Positions 51,868 to 60,354 of a stretch of DNA of 63,737 nucleotides are shown here, one piece after another. The notes under the pieces were generated by a model, which ran no database searches, had not been told where the DNA came from, and worked only from the letters and a program-made list of their open reading frames with translations. Every line of letters starts with the position of its first letter. The stretch's first letter is position 1. Source of the stretch: Schmidtea nova. Taxonomy: Eukaryota. The translations under genes and the position numbers were made by a program. Location: positions 257,734,001 to 257,797,737 of the forward strand of contig CM097883.1 of NCBI GenBank assembly GCA_044892505.1, read 5' to 3'.

Positions 51868-53562
51868 TCAATTCCTAACTTTATTTTTCCACTTCGGCTT
51901 ATACTTATATCTGTCACTGAACTTTTCTTCAGCCAATAATCCTCTCATGGTATCCTGGATACACCCCCTCCAACATATGGACATTTTTATTTCCAAATTT
52001 ACTGTTGCCAATTTATCGTTAATATCATTTACATATCTCGTTCCCACTGCTAACATTTCTTCAGTTTCCGCACAATTATTTATTTTTTCTTCTAATCTTT
52101 TAATTTCACTTTTATATTCCAATTCGCCCGTTTTTATTTTACTTTCAAGATTTTCTATCCTTGAATGAAGTTGTGTTACTAAATCCGACTTATCAACAAG
52201 AACTTCATTATCAACAGTTGAACCATGATCAACTTTGTCAAATGATCCAATTTTATCGTCACTAGCTACATCTTTACCTTCTATCGGAAGATAAGCTGAC
52301 TGCTCACTACCTGTTTTCTCTGCCATTATAACTGGACAATTTATTCGTTCAATCGTTTCTACTTTTTCACATTTAAATCTGACATTTTTTATAACTTTTC
52401 CATTATCTTCTAGATTTGTTTCACTTTTATTAACTTTTCCCTCGTCACTTTTATCCACATTGGAATTTTCCACTATTCCTTGCCTAATATTTTCACCATT
52501 AAGGGAATTCTCTCCAATGATTTCCTCAAAATTACAATTTTCTTCAATATCGCTAATATTTTCCACAATTTTCTCATCGACAATGCAGTTTTCTTCAAAA
52601 TTATTCTCATTTACTGCCTGCTCATTTTTTACTGACATTGTAGATTCAATTTTCGTCATTACTTCTTGCACTAAATCGTTTGAAGAAGTATTTATTCCAT
52701 CCTCGTTTGCAATATCAACCGACTCAGAGTTATCAACCATTTTACTAGACACACCACTATTCACTGCGCTATTCTTACCTCGACCTGAAATCAAAACGCC
52801 ATCACTAGTCCGAACCTCCCCAAGAACTACTTCCTGAGCTTTAGGTGCAAAACTCTCGATACATTCCTCTTCACACTGTTCTCTTTGACAAGTCTCCATT
52901 AACAAACTTTTATTCTCGGCTGTCTTTTTACTGTCATCCATTTTACCAAATATGTTATCATTTATTGTGTTATCTTCATTTTGACAAAACCTCATGTTTT
53001 CTGTATGTGTTTCTTCAACTTCCTGGTATCGTTGGAGCTGTTGTTGTGACACTTCATTCGTTGTAAAATATGATTGAATGAAGTGAGTCTGTCCACAGCT
53101 CGGAATGCCTGATCGTTCTTTCCCGATGCAAGTCCATCCCAATGGAGTTAACCTAGCTATCGGTTCTCCTTCACGTCCCCATATCTCTTTAATTGCTTTT
53201 TGTAGACCTGCATAGTCAGCCCCAAGAAGCGCATCTACCGATAATCTACTTCCAGCCGTTGCAAATCTGATTCGTCTCAAATGGTCCCAGTTCTGACTTG
53301 CTTTTTTCCAATCGGTCACTCGCAAATCACTTGTTACCTTCTCTACCGACCAAGCATGAAATTCTTTGACCATCATACCATTTACACTCATTAAGTTCAT
53401 TGTGACTCTCTGCGCCTCCAAATTTTCCCTTTTGCCTCCTATTACTCTAACTGGAACATTAACTTTTGATCCTGATAATTGTAATTCTCTAGACACATAC
53501 ATACTAACATAACTAACCGTACTTGCATCATCTAGTAATGCGTTAACATTATTCTTTTTCCC
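51868..53562 (-). CDS. BEL aspartic protease followed by long acidic low-complexity region in place of RT-RH-IN
   Basis: NVNALLDDASTVSY, ALLGADY, PIARLTPLGWTCIG, then ~400 aa E/N/K-rich sequence; frame is -1 relative to gag. Confidence 0.75.
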   Translation of the reverse strand, partial: GKKNNVNALLDDASTVSYVSMYVSRELQLSGSKVNVPVRVIGGKRENLEAQRVTMNLMSVNGMMVKEFHAWSVEKVTSDLRVTDWKKASQNWDHLRRIRFATAGSRLSVDALLGADYAGLQKAIKEIWGREGEPIARLTPLGWTCIGKERSGIPSCGQTHFIQSYFTTNEVSQQQLQRYQEVEETHTENMRFCQNEDNTINDNIFGKMDDSKKTAENKSLLMETCQREQCEEECIESFAPKAQEVVLGEVRTSDGVLISGRGKNSAVNSGVSSKMVDNSESVDIANEDGINTSSNDLVQEVMTKIESTMSVKNEQAVNENNFEENCIVDEKIVENISDIEENCNFEEIIGENSLNGENIRQGIVENSNVDKSDEGKVNKSETNLEDNGKVIKNVRFKCEKVETIERINCPVIMAEKTGSEQSAYLPIEGKDVASDDKIGSFDKVDHGSTVDNEVLVDKSDLVTQLHSRIENLESKIKTGELEYKSEIKRLEEKINNCAETEEMLAVGTRYVNDINDKLATVNLEIKMSICWRGCIQDTMRGLLAEEKFSDRYKYKPKWKNKVRN

Positions 53563-53760
53563 TTCGATTCTAAAATGATAGGTATCGTCCTGAGGCTTAT
53601 GTAACCCATATCATTTGACTTTCTATTTGTAACCATTCTAGTAACATGTGTTTGGGGTTTTTGATTGCTGTCCTCTTCTGATTCCTTTTCTCTTCGACTA
53701 TGCAACAAACTATGATGTTTTCCCTTACAGTCTTTTTCCTTACAAAATCCTGGTCTGGTG
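53532..53760 (-). pseudogene. BEL Gag C-terminal remainder (third zinc knuckle)
   Basis: TRPGFCKEKDCKGKHHSLLH continues [14 protein letters not shown] across the Gypsy insertion. Confidence 0.85.
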
Positions 53761-54483
53761 TGTGGTGATTCATGCATAGGCATCTGACCACACAGGTTGT
53801 ATGTGTCCAATTGACATTTTGTGGTCGCCTATATTTTGTAATTTTTGTAAAAACTTTCAATTAATTTTTATGTTTGTTGATATTAATATTAATATTAATA
53901 TTGGTGTTGATATTAATATTGATTGTTATTGGTGTTAAGATTAATTTTAATTGTTGTATGAATATGAATATTAATATTAATATTAATTGTTATGAATATT
54001 AATTTTTTGTAGAAAAAGAAAAACTTTGGCGTATTTATAAATAAACATTTACAGTGTTAAAATTGTTTTAATTTCAAATTAAATATTATTTCCAAGTTGC
54101 AAATATTACCTGATTTCAAAAGAATATCACATTTAGAATAATGAATATAGAAAGTAGCAATGAAAAATATTATCCCATAGCTGTTCTAATTGAAGAACTT
54201 AGAAATGATGATGTTCAGTTGCGATTAAATAGCATAAAACGCCTAACAACTATATCATTAGCACTGGGTGCTGAGCGAACTCGATCTGAATTAATTCCGT
54301 TTCTAACAGAAACTATATACGATGAAGATGAAGTCTTGCTAGCTCTTGCAGAACAATTAGCCAATTTCATATCTTATGTTGGTGGACCAGAATACGTTTA
54401 TACCTTGTTACCACCTCTAGAAAATTTAGCAATCGTAGAAGAATCAATTCAAAAGCAGCGGATCCCGGACGTCGTAACCCACA
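53761..54483 (+). repeat. Gypsy 5' LTR
   Basis: Matches 59632-60354 except G54381/A60252; overlapping TATAAA (54036) and AATAAA (54040). Confidence 0.95.
54141..54443 (+). other. Captured intronless fragment of PP2A 65-kDa scaffold subunit A (first HEAT repeats); second copy at 60012-60314
   Basis: [25 protein letters not shown]...[29 protein letters not shown]...GGPEY...[13 protein letters not shown] closely matches PPP2R1A residues ~1-101. Confidence 0.95.
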
Positions 54484-56096
54484 AAATGGTGTCAGAAGTG
54501 GCAGAAGGTATTCTTGTTTCTACGTCTCTAAATGCGCGAGACGAAGTCGTGCGACAGTCCGGACCACTGGAGACTCATACTCCTACCACTGCGGACGTCT
54601 GGGCCAGATTTGTTGATGTCCAGCATGTTTCTCTCGTGGCAAACTACGATCTCCTCACTATCCGAGAACTTTACTTTCAAGGTAACCACATTATGTTAAA
54701 TATTGTTCACCTTTTCAATTTGTGTGGTCTAGGCTTTTTGTGTGTTGTCGCCACATTAACACCCTTACCTGTTCCCTTATCCGGGGGGTCTAACCTCAAT
54801 ATACATAAAGTACCTTGCACTGACATAATGGCAAATGATCAGGGCCATGCCGCCCTACGTGCTTCTGAGGGTTTTGTTTTTGTCTCAACATCAGACAAGA
54901 ACCGGATACTTCCCTTTAGTTTAAGCCTATCCTTTAAAGGACTTCTCAGTTACCTAAAATATGAGAAAAATGTTTACATAAATGACACGTATGCTACATA
55001 CAGGGGTTTTGTACATAGATTCGACGATCGACCCTTATATGAGCATATAAATGCTGGCGACACTATATATTTGCGGTACCGTATGCGCGGGGGCGCAGAC
55101 AGCGACAATTCGTCTGTTTCAGACCAACCGCCTTCGCCTGGGACTACACAGCCAGACATCCCAACATCAATGCACAATTTGCCCAAGATTCCGTTCTTTT
55201 TGGATCAGAACGGATCTCCAGCATCCTGGTTTTTTGTACTGGAAAGACATTTTAGGATCAGGACAATCATATCATCCTCCGAAATGTTCGACCACTTGAT
55301 CACCTGTTTGCAAACGGAACTACTTTCGAAATTGGCTCATAATTTCTTGACCATTTCTACTTCTGCTGACCCGTACACAGCTCTTAAGAATCTAGTCCTC
55401 GAGAATTATCGCGAACCTAAGGCCGATATTTTCTCGCATTACTTCAAGGCACAGTCTCTCGGGTTACAACGTCCATCCGAATTCCTCAAAAGAGCCATTG
55501 ATAACCTCGAATCCTTACAACAAGGTATCACTACCGACGACTCTCTGCTTCGTAGATTTTTTTTGTCGGCTTTGCCACCTCAGACACAGGCAATATTGGC
55601 AGTTACGGAGTCAACCAACCTCCGGGATCTCGCCAATATGGCAGATAAAATCGCCGAAGCATCGGGCGTTAGCACTTCGCAACAGTGCAACCAAGTCAAT
55701 TCGTTTGAGACTTTAGCCGCTGATACAGCCAGTTCAGCAAAGCGAAACATCCAGAGTTCAGATATCGTTTTGGCTGCAATTGAGCAGATATCTGATCGAT
55801 TGAAGAAAATTGAGGCTCGGGATGAAAGACGGTCATCTCCGCACAGACGCACCTTTTCTCGTGAACGTTCTTTTCCCCGTTCTAAGAAGATTTGCTACTA
55901 TCACGAAAGATTCGATAGAAAAGCTCAAAAATGCCACATAGGTTGCGAATATGCAGACAGGAGTTCAAGCTGTGAGCTTTTAGATGTCTGCGTCTATCAT
56001 GGGAGATACAGGCAAGCAGCCAAATACTGTTTAGAAGGCTGCAGGTATTTCAAAAGTAATCCAGCACCGCAGAACAAGTCACATCCAAAAAACTAG
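54141..56096 (+). CDS. Chimeric ORF1: PP2A scaffold A N-terminal fragment, linker, ubiquitin-like domain (RMRGG), CsRn1-type Gag with two CHCC motifs
   Basis: 651-aa uninterrupted ORF from an LTR-internal ATG; Gag with [18 protein letters not shown] and [18 protein letters not shown]. Confidence 0.88.
   Translation: MNIESSNEKYYPIAVLIEELRNDDVQLRLNSIKRLTTISLALGAERTRSELIPFLTETIYDEDEVLLALAEQLANFISYVGGPEYVYTLLPPLENLAIVEESIQKQRIPDVVTHKMVSEVAEGILVSTSLNARDEVVRQSGPLETHTPTTADVWARFVDVQHVSLVANYDLLTIRELYFQGNHIMLNIVHLFNLCGLGFLCVVATLTPLPVPLSGGSNLNIHKVPCTDIMANDQGHAALRASEGFVFVSTSDKNRILPFSLSLSFKGLLSYLKYEKNVYINDTYATYRGFVHRFDDRPLYEHINAGDTIYLRYRMRGGADSDNSSVSDQPPSPGTTQPDIPTSMHNLPKIPFFLDQNGSPASWFFVLERHFRIRTIISSSEMFDHLITCLQTELLSKLAHNFLTISTSADPYTALKNLVLENYREPKADIFSHYFKAQSLGLQRPSEFLKRAIDNLESLQQGITTDDSLLRRFFLSALPPQTQAILAVTESTNLRDLANMADKIAEASGVSTSQQCNQVNSFETLAADTASSAKRNIQSSDIVLAAIEQISDRLKKIEARDERRSSPHRRTFSRERSFPRSKKICYYHERFDRKAQKCHIGCEYADRSSSCELLDVCVYHGRYRQAAKYCLEGCRYFKSNPAPQNKSHPKN
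54487..54501 (+). other. Primer-binding site complementary to tRNA-Leu 3' end
   Basis: TGGTGTCAGAAGTGG is the complement of CCACTTCTGACACCA, 3 nt after the LTR end. Confidence 0.85.
54870..55094 (+). other. Divergent ubiquitin-like domain immediately before Gag
   Basis: 75 aa, FVFVST...YRG...[24 protein letters not shown] follows the ubiquitin pattern IFVKT...FAG...[25 protein letters not shown]. Confidence 0.68.
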
Positions 56097-56135
56097 TCTC
56101 GCCATCTCTGTACGCGGCATGCACAGATGGCAATC
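56087..56135 (+). promoter_or_regulatory. Programmed -1 ribosomal frameshift signal (gag to pol)
   Basis: A AAA AAC (56087-56093) just before the gag stop, 7-nt spacer, hairpin gccatct...agatggc; -1 frame open into FLVDTGS. Confidence 0.85.
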
Positions 56136-59100
56136 TCTTTTCTTCTTCCCTTTCTTTTTCATTTTTTGTTTCCGCCCAAATTATTTCACCTCTCTGTACA
56201 GACATAGCACGCAACACCATACAATTTCTAGTAGACACCGGATCTAGCATCTCTCTTTTGCCCAAGTCATTGTACAGACCATGCCAACCGGGCAAATTAC
56301 ATTTGAGAACTGCCAATGGCAACCAGATGTACACTTCTGGTACATGCAACATCACACTCCGTCTGCTTGATCAAATAGTCAATTGGACTTTTCACATTGC
56401 GGAAGTCACACACCCGATATTAGGTATTGACTTCTTACAAGCGTACAGCATTACGTTAAATTGTGAGCAACACAGTTTATCATTCTCCAAGCCGATTTCA
56501 GCTTCTTCCAATGAACTTAAAACGAGTCCCAAACCTTCTTCCTGCAACGCAAAAGCCTTTGCGGTCGACAGCATTCATAATGATTTTGTTAAGAATCTCA
56601 GTTCACACAACATTTTTTCGGACATTGTGGGACCAATCAAAAGAGAAGTCAGCTCGAACTTCTGTCACGAAATTACAACTTCCGACTCGCACCCTCTCAG
56701 AGAGAGAGTTCGTCCAATCTCGGAAGACAAATATAACTTTCTCAAGACTGAGTATGAATCTCTTTTGGCTAGTGGCATTATCCAACGATCCTCCTCACCT
56801 TGGGCCTCACCCATTCACTTCGTGACCAAAAAGGATGGATCTTATCGGATATGTGGCGATTACCGCCGCCTTAACAACATAACGCAGCACGACTCTTATC
56901 CGATGCCACTCATTAATGAATCTCTGACGCGTTTCTCTAACTGCAAGATTTTCTCTACATTTGACCTAGTCAAAGCTTATCATCAAATCCCTGTTGCTCC
57001 ACGGGATGTACCAAAAACAGCCGTCATCACTCCAATCGGTCTGTTCGAGTTCTTGCGAATGCCTTTCGGCTTGCGTAATGCAGCACAAACCTTCCAAAGG
57101 CACATCGATCACATCTTGTCAGATTTAAATTTTGTCGTCGCGTACGTGGACGACATATTAATCGGTTCCCCCGATGTTGAGACTCACAAGGCACATCTAC
57201 GTAAGCTCGTAGCTACATTAAACAAAAATCAATTAAGAGTTAATTTGTCTAAATGTAAATTTTTTCAACATCAAGTTGATTTTCTTGGACACACACTATC
57301 TGCAGACGGAATAGCTCCACAATCAGCTCGTTTAGAATCCATCAGGAACTTCTCTAAGCCTGAAACTGTAACGCAGCTTCGCAGTTTTTTAGGTGTTGTC
57401 AATTATTGTCATCGATTCATACCAAATGTTTCGAATGTTCTCGCTCCATTGACATCACTCAGCTCAGGACCGAAACGTTCCATCGTAAAATGGACAGATA
57501 AATCCAATGCTGCGTTTGGAGAAGCAAAAAGAGCACTCGAGTCAATTCAGACTTTAGCTTACCCAAGGCATTCCCTTCCGTACAGCCTAACGACAGATGC
57601 ATCCGATGTTGCAGTCGGAGCTGTCCTAACTCAGTCACAAGACGGAATAGTTCGACCTCTCGAATTCTTTTCGAAAAAGCTAACCGAAACACAGACTAGA
57701 TATTCAGCTTTTGATCGCGAGCTCTTAGCCATCTTTCTTTCGGTTAAGCACTTCAAACATCTGCTGGAAGGAAAATCCACCACGGTTTATACTGATCACA
57801 AGCCGTTGGTTCACATAACTACAATGAAAGATCCTTCTCCAAGGCAATTACATCAAATCTCCTTTATCACAGAGTTCACCAGTGATATCAGACATATAGC
57901 TGGAAAGGATAACATCATAGCTGATTTTCTGTCTCGCAGTACAAACGCAATTTCGTTAGGACCTTTATTCACTACTTCCACTCTACGAGATAACAAACCA
58001 ACAGAAGCCGATCTTCGGTATTTTCTACACAATAAATCAAATATCGACGGAATCGATTTTGACTCCTCACTCTCAGGTGTACTTAGACCAATTCTTGGAA
58101 CTGAGCTTCGTCGACCCGCATTTCATGCAGTTCATAACTTACACCATCCTGGAACAACAGCCACTTATCAGCTGCTAAGAAACCAGGTCGTTTGGCCTTC
58201 TATGAGGCGAGATGTGAAACTGTGGGTTAGCGAATGTCTAAAATGTCAATGCAATAAAGTAACCCGACACATCAAACCACCGATCACGCACTTTCCAACC
58301 GGTAACCGGTTCGATGTCGTTCACATCGATCTTGTTGGTCCTTTGCCGATAGACAACGGTTTTTCATATCTTCTAACCATGATTGATAGGAAGACAAGAT
58401 GGTTTGAAGTCGTTCCTCTACGATCCATATCAGCAAATATTGTTGCAGAAACTTTTATATCAGAATGGGTCGCACGTTATGGCATTCCAAGACACATAAT
58501 TAGCGATCGAGGAGCCCAATTCGAATCGCAACTCTTCACTTCTTTAACAGAACAGCTTGGCATTAAACGGCTGCGTTCTACAGCTTATCATCCACAGACG
58601 AACGGTCTCATTGAAAGGTTTCACCGGACACTCAAGCACTCGCTCCGAATACTCTCTTTAAATCATCGTTGGACGAAAGCCTTGCCTTTCGTTTTATTGG
58701 GTTGGAGGAACACACCTTCTAAGACGACTGAGTCATCCCCAGCTCAATTACTCTTCGGTACCAACACTACGGTACCTAACGAACTAATTGACTTAGGAAA
58801 TGAAACAACACTCGAAGAACTTGGCACCGCCAGACGCCATTTCCTGGATATTGATAGCAATCCTATATTTTCGTCTGCCAACGCACACAAACCTTTTATA
58901 CCAAAATCTCTATCTTCAGCCAAGTTCGTTTGGATCCGCACAATCTCGGACTCAGCGTTGAAGCCTAGGTATACTGGACCTTATCGCCTACTAGGCATAA
59001 TCGGAAATTACGCCACTGTCAAGATGAACGATTCATCTGAGACAATCGCTCTGGCACGAATCAAACCAGCTTTTGGATTATCGGAATTCTTAGACTATAA

Positions 59101-59506
59101 CGCCAAAGAATTCATTCCAACCCCTACAGATAATTCCTTCCAATCTGATGACACCTCTCCAAGTACCAGTCTTCCACGATCTCAGCCGGACTTGGATAGT
59201 AAAATTCATTCGCCAACAACTCCTACTGAGGACACTACGTTATACCATTCCGATTTCTCTCCTACAAACCTGGACCAAGCACCTTCGCACTCTGATGGTA
59301 CTCACATTACCGTTAGACCCGAAACAAGCTCTTCACCTGCTTGTAGCGAGTTGCCAACTCCAGTTCCAATTTTGAAGAAATTGACACAAGTTCAACTTCC
59401 ATCAGGATCTACTAGGAAGCGCCGTGTTTCCATCAACCCGTGGGTGCGCGAACGTCGTATTGGGGACAATCCCAATGCTCCCACCAGACTCCACCGCATT
59501 TTTTGA
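56093..59506 (+). CDS. Gypsy Pol (protease-RT-RNase H-integrase), intact
   Basis: FLVDTGS, YVDD, FDRELLA, HHCC finger, HIDLVG / SDRG / ERFH, YTGPY; no stops. Confidence 0.95.
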   Translation, partial: LVSPSLYAACTDGNLFSSSLSFSFFVSAQIISPLCTDIARNTIQFLVDTGSSISLLPKSLYRPCQPGKLHLRTANGNQMYTSGTCNITLRLLDQIVNWTFHIAEVTHPILGIDFLQAYSITLNCEQHSLSFSKPISASSNELKTSPKPSSCNAKAFAVDSIHNDFVKNLSSHNIFSDIVGPIKREVSSNFCHEITTSDSHPLRERVRPISEDKYNFLKTEYESLLASGIIQRSSSPWASPIHFVTKKDGSYRICGDYRRLNNITQHDSYPMPLINESLTRFSNCKIFSTFDLVKAYHQIPVAPRDVPKTAVITPIGLFEFLRMPFGLRNAAQTFQRHIDHILSDLNFVVAYVDDILIGSPDVETHKAHLRKLVATLNKNQLRVNLSKCKFFQHQVDFLGHTLSADGIAPQSARLESIRNFSKPETVTQLRSFLGVVNYCHRFIPNVSNVLAPLTSLSSGPKRSIVKWTDKSNAAFGEAKRALESIQTLAYPRHSLPYSLTTDASDVAVGAVLTQSQDGIVRPLEFFSKKLTETQTRYSAFDRELLAIFLSVKHFKHLLEGKSTTVYTDHKPLVHITTMKDPSPRQLHQISFITEFTSDIRHIAGKDNIIADFLSRSTNAISLGPLFTTSTLRDNKPTEADLRYFLHNKSNIDGIDFDSSLSGVLRPILGTELRRPAFHAVHNLHHPGTTATYQLLRNQVVWPSMRRDVKLWVSECLKCQCNKVTRHIKPPITHFPTGNRFDVVHIDLVGPLPIDNGFSYLLTMIDRKTRWFEVVPLRSISANIVAETFISEWVARYGIPRHIISDRGAQFESQLFTSLTEQLGIKRLRSTAYHPQTNGLIERFHRTLKHSLRILSLNHRWTKALPFVLLGWRNTPSKTTESSPAQLLFGTNTTVPNELIDLGNETTLEELGTARRHFLDIDSNPIFSSANAHKPFIPKSLSSAKFVWIRTISDSALKPRYTGPYRLLGIIGNYATVKMNDSSETIALARIKPAFGLSEFLDYNAKEFIPTPTDNSFQSDDTSPSTSLPRSQPDLDSKIHSPTTPTEDTTLYHSDFSPTNLDQAPSHSDGTHITVRPETSSSPACSELPTPVPILKKLTQVQLPSGSTRKRRVSINPWVRERRIGDNPNAPTRLHRIF

Positions 59507-59620
59507 AACGCATCCTCTCAACATTCCATCATTTTCTTTCTTCCTTCTTTTTCTTTTTCTTCTTTTTTCTTTGCCGCCAACACATTCTTTTCACCACACA
59601 CTACTGCTCCGCAGCTTTCG

Positions 59621-59631
59621 TAGGGGGCTAA
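59621..59631 (+). other. Short polypurine tract of Gypsy element
   Basis: tagggggctaa directly before the 3' LTR TG. Confidence 0.65.
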
Positions 59632-60354
59632 TGTGGTGATTCATGCATAGGCATCTGACCACACAGGTTGTATGTGTCCAATTGACATTTTGTGGTCGCC
59701 TATATTTTGTAATTTTTGTAAAAACTTTCAATTAATTTTTATGTTTGTTGATATTAATATTAATATTAATATTGGTGTTGATATTAATATTGATTGTTAT
59801 TGGTGTTAAGATTAATTTTAATTGTTGTATGAATATGAATATTAATATTAATATTAATTGTTATGAATATTAATTTTTTGTAGAAAAAGAAAAACTTTGG
59901 CGTATTTATAAATAAACATTTACAGTGTTAAAATTGTTTTAATTTCAAATTAAATATTATTTCCAAGTTGCAAATATTACCTGATTTCAAAAGAATATCA
60001 CATTTAGAATAATGAATATAGAAAGTAGCAATGAAAAATATTATCCCATAGCTGTTCTAATTGAAGAACTTAGAAATGATGATGTTCAGTTGCGATTAAA
60101 TAGCATAAAACGCCTAACAACTATATCATTAGCACTGGGTGCTGAGCGAACTCGATCTGAATTAATTCCGTTTCTAACAGAAACTATATACGATGAAGAT
60201 GAAGTCTTGCTAGCTCTTGCAGAACAATTAGCCAATTTCATATCTTATGTTAGTGGACCAGAATACGTTTATACCTTGTTACCACCTCTAGAAAATTTAG
60301 CAATCGTAGAAGAATCAATTCAAAAGCAGCGGATCCCGGACGTCGTAACCCACA
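59632..60354 (+). repeat. Gypsy 3' LTR (contains PP2A-A fragment)
   Basis: 723 bp, offset 5871 from the 5' LTR. Confidence 0.95.

Larger units (their letters stand above)
53761..60354 (+). mobile_element. Intact Ty3/Gypsy (CsRn1-like) LTR retrotransposon, 6594 bp, with PP2A-A fragment in the LTRs
   Basis: 723-bp LTRs TG...CA differing at one seen position, 5-bp TSD TGGTG (53756-53760, 60355-60359), tRNA-Leu PBS, PPT, open gag and pol. Confidence 0.96.

Noticed and set aside
54666-54683. LYFQG resembling a TEV protease site
   Set aside because: Lacks Glu at P6 and there is no vector context; coincidence or part of the putative Ubl strand.
59100-59631. env-like third ORF in the Gypsy element
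   Set aside because: Pol tail is S/T/P-rich and downstream short ORFs derive from a pyrimidine tract; no env features.
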